A stretch of 64,000 nt of DNA from an uncultured Bdellovibrionales bacterium (GCA_964519445.1 CAZFIH010000001.1:2144-66143); one strand, 5' to 3'. Counted from the first letter of the stretch, positions 47,618-57,659 are shown. The notes: generated by a model not told the origin, from the letters alone. Program-made: numbers and translations.

Positions 47618-49162
47618 TTACAAAATACTTTTTAGCTTCATTTCCTTGAGCTTGTCTATTTCCATTATATCACATAATGTCGGAGCGATGTTTCCCAGAA
47701 CTCCCCCGCTTTTCAGCTTTTTCCGAAGCATTTTTTTCGCGCATATGATGAAAGGGACCGGATTCTTTGTGTGAAAAGTCATTGGCCGTCGCGCCTTCTT
47801 GTCCCACACGCAATCGGCGTTTCCGTGGTCAGCCGTTGCAACCAAATCTCCGTCATTTTTTTCGATTTCTTTCCAAATTTTTCCGATGGCTTGATCGACC
47901 GCTTCGCAGGCCATGACAGCCGCTTTCATGTCTCCGGTATGGCCGACCATGTCGGCATTGGCGAAATTAACGGTAATAAAATCGTATTTCGCCTCTTTGA
48001 TTGATTTTAGAATGAATCCGGTAATCTTTCCAGCCGACATTTCTGGTTTTTGGGCGTAGTTGGAGACTTTTGGCGAAGGAATCATCATCCTGTCTTCCCC
48101 GGCAATCGGATCGGCGTAGCCGCCGTTCAAGAAATATGTGACATGGGCGAATTTCTCCGTTTCGGCAATGTAGAGTTGGCGCAAATTGCGAAGCGCCACC
48201 GGAAGTGTTCCATTGAGCGGATGGCTTAAAAAGGCGGTATGAACCGGCAAATCCGGACCGAAGTTTGTCATGGCGACAAAATAAAGATTTTTCAGCCGCG
48301 GCCGGGGAAGACTGGTTTCTTTTGATTTTTGCTGGACAAAAAGCTTTGTGAACTGCCGGGCGCGATCCGAACGCAGGTTGAAAAAAATGACGGCGTCATT
48401 ATCTTTTATTTTGGCGATTGGCTTTCCATTTTCGGTTATGACGCACGGTCCGACATATTCATCAGTGACTTTTCGTTTGTAGCTCTTTTCAAAAACTGTT
48501 TCCGCGTTTTTGAATTTTTTGCCCTTTGCCTTTACCAGCAAGTCATAGGCAGTCTGGAGGCGCTTCCAATTTTTGGCCCGGTCCATGGCGTAGAAACGGC
48601 CGATGACAGTGGCGATTTTTCCTATCCCTATGTCGTAGATGTTCTGTTTCCATTCCCCGATATGTTCCAGGCCCTGTTTTGGGTAGGCGTCGCGTCCATC
48701 GGAAAAAAAATGGATGTAAACGTTTTTTATACCGCTTCGCTTGGCGAGAACAAGAAGGGCTTCGAGATGGTAAGGGTTCATGTGCGGACTGTCTTCGTTT
48801 CCCAAAAGACCCATCAGATGAAGATCAGAATTGTTCTTCCTGACGTGCGATATGGCACCAAGAAAAGCGGGATTGTGAAAAAAAGTTCCCGAGGTGATGC
48901 TTTCCGAGATAAGGCGAGAATCTTGAGTTGCGACGCGACCGGCGCCGATATTCATGTGCCCTGTCTCCGAACCGCTGGTCTGTCGGTTTTCCAGTCCTAC
49001 GTCAGTTCCGGTCGCTTCGAGTCGGGTGCTCGGATATTTCTTAGCCAGATAGTCCACTGCCGGAGTTTTAGCCAGATGTATAGCGTTGGTATCGTCTCTG
49101 GGTCCGATACCCCAGCCGTCGAGGATGGCCAGAATCGTGGGTTTTTTTGAATGATTTTTCAC
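47618..49162 (-). CDS. gpmI: 2,3-bisphosphoglycerate-independent phosphoglycerate mutase
   Basis: ILDGWG, SETGHMNIGAGR, DGRD, GRFYAMDR, AETEKFAHVTYF, NADMVGHTG, TADHGN. Confidence 0.97.
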   Translation of the reverse strand: MKNHSKKPTILAILDGWGIGPRDDTNAIHLAKTPAVDYLAKKYPSTRLEATGTDVGLENRQTSGSETGHMNIGAGRVATQDSRLISESITSGTFFHNPAFLGAISHVRKNNSDLHLMGLLGNEDSPHMNPYHLEALLVLAKRSGIKNVYIHFFSDGRDAYPKQGLEHIGEWKQNIYDIGIGKIATVIGRFYAMDRAKNWKRLQTAYDLLVKAKGKKFKNAETVFEKSYKRKVTDEYVGPCVITENGKPIAKIKDNDAVIFFNLRSDRARQFTKLFVQQKSKETSLPRPRLKNLYFVAMTNFGPDLPVHTAFLSHPLNGTLPVALRNLRQLYIAETEKFAHVTYFLNGGYADPIAGEDRMMIPSPKVSNYAQKPEMSAGKITGFILKSIKEAKYDFITVNFANADMVGHTGDMKAAVMACEAVDQAIGKIWKEIEKNDGDLVATADHGNADCVWDKKARRPMTFHTKNPVPFIICAKKMLRKKLKSGGVLGNIAPTLCDIMEIDKLKEMKLKSIL

Positions 49163-49271
49163 TTATTGTCTTTTGATTATATTTTCCTAATTCCATCCGT
49201 GTTTCCTGTTAGTCAGTATAGCAAAAAGACCCCGAAAACAAAAACGAGTTTTTTTGAATGAAAATGTAGTT

Positions 49272-50024
49272 CTAAATTTCCTCCAGCGTTTTGAGAACAC
49301 TCAATACCTCCGCTTTGGCATCATCATAGGGTATCTCCGGATTATGTTTCTCGTTCACTTCGATTCCGAATTCGACGCTTTCACCCGAATCGGCGGAAAA
49401 CATATAAAATTCATTCCTGTATCCGGCCGACGACGATCCCATGCCAGCGGCCGTGTATTTTTTTCCAAACGCTTCGACTTCAATACTTGGAATTGAGCTC
49501 CATTCGGCGCCGACGCCGGTGCGCATGCAAAACATTTTATCCTCCTCGTCGTGCTTCTTGCCAAGAATGATAATAGTGCCATAGTCGAGATGCACTGATA
49601 CGCAAAACCCGTAGTTGGGATTGTAGTCCAGCTCATGTCCGTACGTTCCGGCTTGGGCGACTTGAGCGCTCGGAGGATAGCTGATTTTATAGCCCTGATT
49701 TTCATTGACAAAAGTTTTCCAGTCGGAAGTCTCGGCCTCATTTCGAGAGATTCTGTTATTTTCTTCCGCCGTCGAGTTTTCCGGGTAAAGATTTTGCGGA
49801 ACCGTCTTTTCTGTGCCTGTGTTTTGGCTGATTTTTGCCGGCATTTGAATCTTGGCCGGTACCGTCTCCAAAAGCAAGCGGTTGGTTTCTTTGTATGTCT
49901 TGCCTGCCAGAAAAATACCGGCTAAAAGCAATATAGTTGCCGCACCGGCAATTACCCAAATTATTTTTTGTTTTATTCCGTTTGTCATTTCATCGATATT
50001 ATTAGTTAAATTATTATATTTCAC
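49272..50024 (-). CDS. Membrane-anchored PsbP-like domain protein
   Basis: TM followed by WKTFVNENQGYKISYPPS. Confidence 0.7.
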   Translation of the reverse strand: MKYNNLTNNIDEMTNGIKQKIIWVIAGAATILLLAGIFLAGKTYKETNRLLLETVPAKIQMPAKISQNTGTEKTVPQNLYPENSTAEENNRISRNEAETSDWKTFVNENQGYKISYPPSAQVAQAGTYGHELDYNPNYGFCVSVHLDYGTIIILGKKHDEEDKMFCMRTGVGAEWSSIPSIEVEAFGKKYTAAGMGSSSAGYRNEFYMFSADSGESVEFGIEVNEKHNPEIPYDDAKAEVLSVLKTLEEI

Positions 50025-50075
50025 TCATTATTTATCATTCTAATGCTAAGTAAAGAATTGAAAGAAGCCAGCCAT

Positions 50076-50651
50076 CTATACCTCAATCCCGAAAAACTTC
50101 AAAAAATTCTTGTAGAAATAGTAGAGAGCTACGATCAGAAAGATGGCAAAAATAAACCGATATATTATTTTCATTTTTTTGTATTTTTTGCGCTGATGAT
50201 GGAAAATCAGGTCCAAAAGTTCGTCGCCAAAGTAAAGTCCTAAAAATGTGCCGATTCCCGAAATAACAATCACAATCCAGTTCGGCCAGGGGTTCACCAA
50301 AATCATTTTGAAAGCGTGAGTCACAATTGTTCGGTCATAGATTTCCGGACGCAAATTGATGTAAAAAATATTTGCCAGGATTGCCGCAATCCAGACAAAA
50401 ATTTCGGTGTATATCATTCTTATTCCCGTAAGGAGGCGGATTGGAAAGTCCAATATAAGGCCGCCATCCGGCAGGGGCGTGGCGAGGACGAAAGCGCTCC
50501 AGGTAATGATCCCAAGAGAAAATCCGTTAGCTCCCTGGTCCCAGACGAGATAAGCGGTATAAAAAAGCAATATCGTTACGGCGACGACAAATCGCTTGAG
50601 TTGGTGTTTTTTTGTCTCGTGGCTGAGAAGGTGTTTTGATTTTATGTGCAT
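50076..50651 (-). CDS. Conserved multi-TM membrane protein
   Basis: WSAFVLATPLPDGGLILDFPIR and GTFLGLYFGDELLD motifs. Confidence 0.75.
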   Translation of the reverse strand: MHIKSKHLLSHETKKHQLKRFVVAVTILLFYTAYLVWDQGANGFSLGIITWSAFVLATPLPDGGLILDFPIRLLTGIRMIYTEIFVWIAAILANIFYINLRPEIYDRTIVTHAFKMILVNPWPNWIVIVISGIGTFLGLYFGDELLDLIFHHQRKKYKKMKIIYRFIFAIFLIVALYYFYKNFLKFFGIEV

Positions 50652-50668
50652 CGGGTGATTATTTTGTT

Positions 50669-51100
50669 TTATTTTTTTCTGCTTCGTCGCTTTCTGGCGA
50701 AAAACTTTTCCGGGTCAATAAAATTTCCGAAATCTTTGATTTGCACCTTTTTGCGGCTTATGTCGAGATGAAAATGCGGGCCTCTGGTCAGTTTGCCCGT
50801 GTTTCCGGTATATCCTAAAATGGCGCCCCGTCGATACCTTCCAATTCTAGAATATTTTTTTAGATGCATGAAGCGAAGGATGACTATTCCGTATCGCTTA
50901 TCGGATAATTTTACGTGAATTGTTTTTCCTCCTTCGGGAAAATTTCCGGTTTTCACGACTTCGCAATCTGCCGGTGCATAGACCGGTGTTCCTTCGGGAA
51001 CCAGGAAATCCGTCCCCAAATGCCGGCGGGAATAGAAAGTTTTCTCGCCGAATCTGTATCCCCTCTTTATCCGCGGCCAGTTTTTCAAGGGATATCGCAT
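50669..51100 (-). CDS. M23 family metallopeptidase
   Basis: HLGTD (HxxxD), GTPVYAP, FMHL, TGNTG, GPHFH (HxH). Confidence 0.92.
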   Translation of the reverse strand: MRYPLKNWPRIKRGYRFGEKTFYSRRHLGTDFLVPEGTPVYAPADCEVVKTGNFPEGGKTIHVKLSDKRYGIVILRFMHLKKYSRIGRYRRGAILGYTGNTGKLTRGPHFHLDISRKKVQIKDFGNFIDPEKFFARKRRSRKK

Positions 51101-51111
51101 TCAGTAATCTT

Positions 51112-51456
51112 TTAAGGTTTATACCTTACTATTGCGAACCACGCCAGTGAAAATATCATTCCCGCGATGCATAAAATGTTGAGCGCAAGAAGCCAAGAGG
51201 GAATCCAGTACGCGCCCGTTTTGATTTCAATAAAGTCAGTAATGCCGAAGATAATCAGGGTCATAAAAGCAAAAATTGTCAGCTTTTTATGCTTTTTGGG
51301 CACAGAATTGGAAAGAGACAGCGCGAAAAGCCCTAAGACAATCCAGTTTATACCCTCGATCAGATTGAATGTTCTGAAATCCAGATTGGAAAAAACTAGC
51401 AATGCCGAAAGACCGAAGTAGGCAACTATCAAAATAATGGATATGAAAAAGTGCAT
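51112..51456 (-). CDS. Four-TM hypothetical protein
   Basis: FGITDFIEIKTGAYW motif; hydrophobic. Confidence 0.7.
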   Translation of the reverse strand: MHFFISIILIVAYFGLSALLVFSNLDFRTFNLIEGINWIVLGLFALSLSNSVPKKHKKLTIFAFMTLIIFGITDFIEIKTGAYWIPSWLLALNILCIAGMIFSLAWFAIVRYKP

Positions 51457-51516
51457 GGGAAAATATTTTATTGTTTTCAGACCGCAAAAACGTGAGTTTT
51501 CAAGGCACTGATCCGG

Positions 51517-51843
51517 CTAATTTTCATTTCCCTGCTCGAGTTCCGAACATTCCTCTTCCCAAATACGGAGGCATTTGCTTTTTGATTCGCACCAGCTGTA
51601 GCCGGCTCCAGTGAGGCATCCGTGCTCGTCCTTCTGCCCGTCAATGATCCGATTATCGGCATCATTCCCGTCGACTGGAATTCTGTTATTTTCGGGAGGC
51701 GCGACGCCTTCTTTTTCAAGCGGCGGACTGCTTTTTTCTTCCTTCGGCGAAACATCTCCTTCTTGCCGCGCTAAGAAAAATATCGTAAAAGCAAAAAGAA
51801 CGATTGCCGTGGCTGCCAATATGATTCCTATTGTCTTGCTCAT
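51517..51843 (-). CDS. Membrane-anchored protein with a conserved Cys module
   Basis: TM, then DGQKDEHGCLTGAGYSWCESKSKCLRIWEEEC. Confidence 0.75.
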   Translation of the reverse strand: MSKTIGIILAATAIVLFAFTIFFLARQEGDVSPKEEKSSPPLEKEGVAPPENNRIPVDGNDADNRIIDGQKDEHGCLTGAGYSWCESKSKCLRIWEEECSELEQGNEN

Positions 51844-51924
51844 AATTCGATGATTTTCTTGTTCAACAAGCTCCTTTATCATTGTATTATATATTCATTT
51901 CAAAACAAAAACCAGCCGGAAACG

Positions 51925-51955
51925 AAAAGCGGTCCGGTCGAAACGACCGAACCGC
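51925..51955 (-). terminator. Hairpin terminator
   Basis: GCGGTTCGGTCG-ttt-CGACCGGACCGC followed by TTTT on the minus strand. Confidence 0.65.
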
Positions 51956-51965
51956 GCATAGTTCC

Positions 51966-52373
51966 TTAAAATTGACGATGAGCCCATTTCTTTGTCTTGA
52001 GAAGAATTAGATACTTCAGATATCCCCCTTCGTGGGGCAGGGGGAAAATGCTCCGATCAAGGCAAGTATCGCTGGAAAGAGGATACCTTATTTTAAAATC
52101 AACGATTTTGTTCACCAATTCAGCGACAACAAGAATCTTGTCATCTAAGTCTTTCAAATTTACAACAGGTTCCCAGCCTTCGTGTATGAGAGCCTCTTCC
52201 ATTTCGCCCACGATTTTTTTGTGTTTCTGTGAGTATAAGATCTGAACAGCGTCAGGACCTTTCATCATTGTAATGATGTACGGCGAATAATGCTCCGCGA
52301 AGGCCGCTGCTGCATTTTGGGAAAAGGTTGTTACAAGAAGACAGAGCATCGCAATGGAGATAATCTTTTTCAT
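51966..52373 (-). CDS. Secreted hypothetical protein
   Basis: Signal peptide MKKIISIAMLCLLVTTFSQNAAA; SD AAGGAG. Confidence 0.7.
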   Translation of the reverse strand: MKKIISIAMLCLLVTTFSQNAAAAFAEHYSPYIITMMKGPDAVQILYSQKHKKIVGEMEEALIHEGWEPVVNLKDLDDKILVVAELVNKIVDFKIRYPLSSDTCLDRSIFPLPHEGGYLKYLILLKTKKWAHRQF

Positions 52374-52385
52374 AGTTCCGGCTCC

Positions 52386-52799
52386 TTATCCCGCGCAGGA
52401 ATATACGAACTTCCTTTTGTAGATGAAATAATAGGCTCGTTGCCCGTCTTTCAGGTAGGCGGTGACCAGTAGCATGCCTGTGCGCGAACGGCAGAAAACA
52501 TATCCTTCTGTAATCCGAATCTTTCCCGGATTGAGAAGATCAAAGATCCAGCCATCGAGATACAGGCGCCCGTTGCAATCAAGCCAGACTTTGTTTTCAT
52601 CCATGGCTTGGGCGGTGTTGTTCAAAAAAACGAAGGTCACGCCTTTGATGTCTCCCATGGAAAAATAATCCGGATGATCGATAGCAGGAACAAATTTCCC
52701 GGTTCGGGAATCTTCGATCAAAAATTCTGCCCATGAAAAAGTTGTCAGAGTATTGATTGTCAAAAGAACAAGTGCGGCCAAAAAAAACATTTTTTTCAT
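52386..52799 (-). CDS. Secreted hypothetical protein
   Basis: Signal peptide MKKMFFLAALVLL; SD AAGGAG. Confidence 0.7.
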   Translation of the reverse strand: MKKMFFLAALVLLTINTLTTFSWAEFLIEDSRTGKFVPAIDHPDYFSMGDIKGVTFVFLNNTAQAMDENKVWLDCNGRLYLDGWIFDLLNPGKIRITEGYVFCRSRTGMLLVTAYLKDGQRAYYFIYKRKFVYSCAG

Positions 52800-52880
52800 G
52801 GCTCCTTCCCTCCTTGCTATTTTTTCGTTTCCAAAAAGCCTAGCAGTTTGCTGTCGGACAGTCAAGAAAACCGCAGAAGT

Positions 52881-53528
52881 CTATATTTTGAGCGCTTTTT
52901 CCTTCAGTTTCAAAGCTTCGTCGGAAAGAAGCATGAGCTGAACCTTGTCCCTTGAAGAGATTTTGACAAGATTGGCCATGGCCTTCTCGACGATTCCAAA
53001 GCATTCCTTGAGAACGTATTGGGTATAGTCAAAATCGAAATCGCCGTAATCATCGCCTTTTTCCATGTGCCAGCGATTTGTAAGCTGGCGGTATGTCTTG
53101 GCGCAGATTGTGTTCGCATACCAGAAAAGATCTTCAGCATCTTCGGTGAGCATCCAGGAGGCAGTTTCCTGATTTTTCGTGAGTGAATATAATGAATCCC
53201 TCCATTGCATCACTTCCCCATGAAAAGGAAATTCTTCCGGCTCGGGAGGCAACTGAATGTCATCAATGTTTTCGATTTCAAAACCGTGCTTTGCGGCATC
53301 CTGCTTGATGAGTGCCAGAGTTTCCTTGAGCGTGTCTCCAACTTCTTCAAGCGCGTATTTCAAGTCATCAGGGTCTTCACCCTGATCAATATGCTTTTGC
53401 CGATTCGCTTTTATTTTGCCGCAAATGGGACACGAATCTTTTCCGCAGGATTTTCTCCGCCAAGAGCAGTTAATCCACTCGGGCATGGAAAAATCTTTTT
53501 CCTTTTTCGATTTCCTTTTCTTCGGCAT
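52881..53528 (-). CDS. Hypothetical protein with N-terminal Cys cluster
   Basis: CSWRRKSCGKDSCPIC, a putative metal-binding motif. Confidence 0.75.
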   Translation of the reverse strand: MPKKRKSKKEKDFSMPEWINCSWRRKSCGKDSCPICGKIKANRQKHIDQGEDPDDLKYALEEVGDTLKETLALIKQDAAKHGFEIENIDDIQLPPEPEEFPFHGEVMQWRDSLYSLTKNQETASWMLTEDAEDLFWYANTICAKTYRQLTNRWHMEKGDDYGDFDFDYTQYVLKECFGIVEKAMANLVKISSRDKVQLMLLSDEALKLKEKALKI

Positions 53529-53566
53529 AGCGATTTTTTTTGCGGAAAATTGATAAGTGTCAAAAA

Positions 53567-54364
53567 TTATTTCCCTATCAATCGGGCAAAAGTAGGCGAA
53601 AAATAATCGCCAAGTTCAGAAAAAGGAATTTCGATCGTTTGCGGTCCGGAAGCGGCCGGCGCAACGCTGTATGGGGCGGGAAATATTATCATCGAGTCGT
53701 CAGTCAAAGCAAAATCGGAAAAATTTTCCGCTTTCGGGGCAAGCGCCCGGGAAAGCATATCATCGTCGAACAAAGAATCTTTTGGCGCTTCGGCTTTGAG
53801 ATTTTGGATGGCCAGTTTCGAAAGCGGCACCAAATAATCCTTGCTCGTGTCGAACACATCAGTGAGCGCAATTTTTTGTCCGTTGGTGAGATCATAGCTC
53901 AATCCGTGAATTTCATTCGCGGGATGAGCCGATCCTTCGATAAAAGCAGAGTTCGCGAATTTGAAGCTGGCGATATTCTGGGTCAAGCCCTGCACCGCGC
54001 AGGAAACGTCAAGCGTGCTTTTGACTCCTTCTACGGGGTAACTATTATCCTGGACGCTCTTTTTGAAATCCGCGACAAGATTCTCGGCGTAACTTTTAAG
54101 TTCGCTGTTTACTGTTGTTTGGACCGAGCTATTCGTTGTGCCGGAGAGCACGGGATAACTGACGTTAATCGTCATTTTGTCGGTCGATTCCTGGATTTTC
54201 TGCTCCTTTTGGGTCGGGATTGCTGCCGCCGACTGCGTTGGAGTCGTCTGTTTCTGGCTTTGGTTATTTTGCTGCTCGGACGCGGGCTTTTTCCGATAAC
54301 CAGCGTAGACCAAGATACCGACAATCACAAAAGCCAGAATTATCAGCAATGTTTTTTTGGACAT
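53567..54364 (-). CDS. DUF3298/DUF4163 (PdaC/RsiV-like) extracellular protein
   Basis: INVSYP, GSAHP, YDLTNGQKIALTDVF, FPAPYSVAPAASG. Confidence 0.85.
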   Translation of the reverse strand: MSKKTLLIILAFVIVGILVYAGYRKKPASEQQNNQSQKQTTPTQSAAAIPTQKEQKIQESTDKMTINVSYPVLSGTTNSSVQTTVNSELKSYAENLVADFKKSVQDNSYPVEGVKSTLDVSCAVQGLTQNIASFKFANSAFIEGSAHPANEIHGLSYDLTNGQKIALTDVFDTSKDYLVPLSKLAIQNLKAEAPKDSLFDDDMLSRALAPKAENFSDFALTDDSMIIFPAPYSVAPAASGPQTIEIPFSELGDYFSPTFARLIGK

Positions 54365-54407
54365 ATTTTTATAAGTTATGAGTTAACTTTTTAAATCTAG
54401 TAACGTG

Positions 54408-54803
54408 TCACCAGTTCAGGAAAGTTATCGTGAGCTGGAGTACTGTCGCGAACGCTATCCACAGAAGATAAGGGATGTTTGCATACGCGACCCAGCGCAT
54501 GCGCGGCCAAGCTGACGCCATAGCCCAAACAAGAGTCGCGAGAACGAGGATAACATCCACCGCCGCCAGCAGATTATTCCGGAGACCGAACTGGATCGGC
54601 GAGAAAGCGAAATTAAAAACGAGATTCAGCGCGAAAGGCAAAGCGACCAGCGAAGGCAGCTTCTTCCGGTACGCTTTCCAAAAAACAGCAAGGAAAGTGA
54701 CGGCAATAATCGCATAAAGCACCGTCCAAACAGGGCCGAACACCCAGGCCGGAGGAGCCCAAAAAGGCTTTGCGAGAGTTTGATACCAGTCAAAGGCTTC
54801 CAT
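54408..54803 (-). CDS. TspO/MBR family protein (copy 1)
   Basis: WYQTLAKPFWAPPAWVFGPVWTVLY, NFAFSPIQFG, PYLLWIAFAT. Confidence 0.93.
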   Translation of the reverse strand: MEAFDWYQTLAKPFWAPPAWVFGPVWTVLYAIIAVTFLAVFWKAYRKKLPSLVALPFALNLVFNFAFSPIQFGLRNNLLAAVDVILVLATLVWAMASAWPRMRWVAYANIPYLLWIAFATVLQLTITFLNW

Positions 54804-54825
54804 TTTTTTATGTTATTTTTATGGA

Positions 54826-55341
54826 TTATATTTTTCGACTGTCGTAGGCCCAGTGGAGAATTGCCTGGCGCTGTTTCGGGCGGCACTTGAGATCACCGCG
54901 AGGGCAATTTTTTCTCACCTGGACGATGTGTCTCTTGATCGCTTTCCATCTCTTGATCTGCCGCAGGTCGTCAGTCGAGCGTCGGCCCATGTAATATCTG
55001 CAATACCACTGAAACCACCCGCGCGGATCATCTTTCCAAATCCAGCCTTTCTTGCGCCAGACGGAAAGCGGCTGGGAGGCATCGATACCGAAATAATTCA
55101 AATGGGGGTTATGTCCCGGAACACCTTCGGGATGGAATTTGGCTTTCCGGAACCAGCTGGAGGGAAATTCCCTGCGGCAATCGCGCATATACCGCCCGCC
55201 GAAGACCCCCAGGGCGAGCATCTCGGCGGGAGTAAGTTCCGGCTTGAATTCAGGCGCGAAATTTTCCCCCATCGGCTCTGTGAGCTCATAGCGGTAGTTT
55301 TTCTGCATCCTGTCTTTTACGAGAACGGTTTTCTTTTTCAT
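54826..55341 (-). CDS. Conserved hypothetical protein (DPRGWFQWYCRYY family)
   Basis: FKPELTPAEMLALGVFGGRY, NYFG, DPRGWFQWYCRYYMGRR, QRQAILHWAYD. Confidence 0.85.
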   Translation of the reverse strand: MKKKTVLVKDRMQKNYRYELTEPMGENFAPEFKPELTPAEMLALGVFGGRYMRDCRREFPSSWFRKAKFHPEGVPGHNPHLNYFGIDASQPLSVWRKKGWIWKDDPRGWFQWYCRYYMGRRSTDDLRQIKRWKAIKRHIVQVRKNCPRGDLKCRPKQRQAILHWAYDSRKI

Positions 55342-55374
55342 TTCTTTTATTATATATCATATGCCTCTCCAAAC

Positions 55375-55407
55375 AAAAACCAGCCCGGGCGGGGCTGGCG
55401 ATTTTTT
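55375..55407. terminator. Hairpin terminator
   Basis: AAAAACCAGCCC-gggcg-GGGCTGG with T-tails. Confidence 0.65.
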
Positions 55408-55449
55408 CTCGGAGTACAAAAGATAATCCTAAATACGTTCGATTCCACG

Positions 55450-56133
55450 CTAAACATCCATAGAATTGTATTCCTTTTCCATTTCTATTAGATTTTTCTT
55501 TTTCTGCGTTTCTCTCAGGACTCTAGCTGACGCGGTTTTCCATTCGTGGTTTTTTAAAAGTTCAATCGCGAATTTGATGAATCCCTTTCTTTTTTCCGGA
55601 TCAGTCAGATCGATTCCGAGTTCTTCCATCAATTTTGCCCTTTTTTCGAAAAAATCATCCCTGCCAAAATTGCTTACATCGGCATCCAAAACGTATCCAA
55701 ATTTGCTTTTTCCTTTGAGAAGATGGGGACCATTTTCTCGCATCACCATTTGAGTATCAAGAATATTGGAAATAATTTCCTGCTGTTCTTTTTCGGAGAA
55801 GGCATGATATGCTTTGCTTTTTCGAAAAAGTTCGACGGCTACAGGTTCATTGTTTTCAGGTTTTTCTACGTATCCGGTGTCATGCCAAGCGGCTGCAATT
55901 GCCTGCTGGCGGATAACCGACTGTTCAGCCCCGTCAGTCAAAGCGAAAAGAATTGTTTCCCTAATTACGTCGAAAGTATGATCTTTCGTATGGTATTTCA
56001 AATTTCTTGGCAATTTGTCCAATATCTCCAAAGCTTCGGCTACTTCCGGAAGATTGATCATCTCGGCGTACATATCTTCTGCTTTGACCTCTAAGTCCTC
56101 CGTTGACAATTTTTTTTTCTCAAGTTTTTCCAT
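55450..56133 (-). CDS. HD domain metal-dependent phosphohydrolase
   Basis: YHTKDHT, AAAWHDTGY, VLDADVS. Confidence 0.85.
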   Translation of the reverse strand: MEKLEKKKLSTEDLEVKAEDMYAEMINLPEVAEALEILDKLPRNLKYHTKDHTFDVIRETILFALTDGAEQSVIRQQAIAAAWHDTGYVEKPENNEPVAVELFRKSKAYHAFSEKEQQEIISNILDTQMVMRENGPHLLKGKSKFGYVLDADVSNFGRDDFFEKRAKLMEELGIDLTDPEKRKGFIKFAIELLKNHEWKTASARVLRETQKKKNLIEMEKEYNSMDV

Positions 56134-56262
56134 AGATGTTTCCTGCAGTTGGAAGCTATGGCGGGAGCTTAGCCCCGGCAGGGGCGGGTTATAGCTTTAT
56201 TATACAAGTTTCAGATACGAAAAACCAGCCAGTATGGGTTAATGCAATTAGAAGCGAAATAG

Positions 56263-56288
56263 AAAACCGGATCCGTATGCGGATCCGG
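56263..56288 (-). terminator. Hairpin terminator
   Basis: CCGGATCCG-cata-CGGATCCGG followed by TTTT on the minus strand. Confidence 0.7.
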
Positions 56289-56302
56289 CAGCTTGTCGAA
56301 GC

Positions 56303-56611
56303 TTAGTGCGAGTGTAGGTTGACGTTGCTGATTGCCCATTCGGCATCTCCCTCCGGATCAAAAATAACGAGATCATGGTCTGGTTTGGGTTGTCGGATCC
56401 TCCCATCCCAAAGCACAAATTTCATTCGTTCTGCAGCGGGGTCATAAAGCCTGACGCAACATACCATGCAATCGTTGCCGAAAAATGCATAGATTTTCGT
56501 CACGTCGTGGTACACCGTCTCGTATCCAATACCTTTTAGCATATCAAGGACTTCTCTTACGGTTTTACCTCTTAGATCGAGCGGCTCATCCGGAATGATT
56601 AATGCGGCCAT
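56303..56611 (-). CDS. Hypothetical protein
   Basis: 102 aa; strong SD AGGAGGT. Confidence 0.7.
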   Translation of the reverse strand: MAALIIPDEPLDLRGKTVREVLDMLKGIGYETVYHDVTKIYAFFGNDCMVCCVRLYDPAAERMKFVLWDGRIRQPKPDHDLVIFDPEGDAEWAISNVNLHSH

Positions 56612-56732
56612 GGTCCATACCTCCTGGTATTCATTTTTTATAGCGTATCAGTCTGTTTTGTTTAGGTCAATCCTTTTCGATTCTATTCTAATTAGTGTAG
56701 TGGGTTGGAATGGATAATGATTGGAATATTTT

Positions 56733-56902
56733 CTAACGTAGAGTGGCACGTACCACTTCCCCGCCGCGGGTAGGGATAGCAGAATTTTTTCACAGAATGT
56801 CATACTTACATTCTCAAGTATGTAAGGATGTCGTGTTGTGTGCTGGGTTTGTGATACTCCCCCGCCGCGGGCGGGGAATACGGAATTATTTTTTCCTAAA
56901 GT
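56733..56902. repeat. Modular repeat block (ACGTAC module, core hairpin, M1 palindrome, core hairpin)
   Basis: Cores at 56760-56775 and 56861-56875; M1 at 56801-56830; 56843-56893 closely matches 1510-1560. Confidence 0.8.
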
Positions 56903-56925
56903 TCTATTTTTGGAGCAACTAGTTA

Positions 56926-57630
56926 TTATTTCTTTGTAACTCTGACAAAACCGACGTATTTCATTTCATCCGGCAGATCAAGCCGTTTGTTGCTGGGAGA
57001 ACGAGGATATCCAATTTCCGATTCAACCACATTTTTTTCTTCAAGTTGCTTGACTGTAGTCCAAAAATAGTCGCTAAATTCTTGTTGAACATCATCATTT
57101 TCATTGGTCAAAATATCTTTTGATCCCGGAGATGAAACAGGATAAACAAGCAATTGACCTCCCGGTTTCAAAACGCGGACAGCTTCGAGAATATTTTTTT
57201 TCAAACTCACTTTGTTTTCTGTGTGGTGATAGGCTGAATAGACGGATGTTATTAGGTCAAAACTGCCGTCTTTAAAAGGTAATTCTTCGCCGATAGCGGC
57301 CACCGCTGCCGGAAGATCCTTTTCCTTCCCGGTAAGAAATCGCTTTATTCTTTGCCACACCTTTTCCTGAAAGAATTTTTGCCTTCCCCTTTCCAAAAGA
57401 TACATAGGGTCAAGGGCCGTGACATTAACGCCGTAGTTTTTTGCATCTTTGGCAAAATAAGCAGAACCGGCCCCAACATCCAAAATTTTCTTATCCTTAA
57501 GATCATCGACTTTTAGATCGAAATAAGCAAGATAGAGGACAAGATCCCGATTTATTTCATTTGTTTCAAATTTTTCCGCCAACCTTTTCAAATTAGTTGT
57601 TTCGGAAGAATTTTCTTGTTCAATCGACAT
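56926..57630 (-). CDS. Class I SAM-dependent methyltransferase
   Basis: KILDVGAG, VTALDP, ELPFKDGSFDLI, RVLKPGG. Confidence 0.9.
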   Translation of the reverse strand: MSIEQENSSETTNLKRLAEKFETNEINRDLVLYLAYFDLKVDDLKDKKILDVGAGSAYFAKDAKNYGVNVTALDPMYLLERGRQKFFQEKVWQRIKRFLTGKEKDLPAAVAAIGEELPFKDGSFDLITSVYSAYHHTENKVSLKKNILEAVRVLKPGGQLLVYPVSSPGSKDILTNENDDVQQEFSDYFWTTVKQLEEKNVVESEIGYPRSPSNKRLDLPDEMKYVGFVRVTKK

Positions 57631-57659
57631 GATTCAAATATATAAGACAATAGTTTTTT

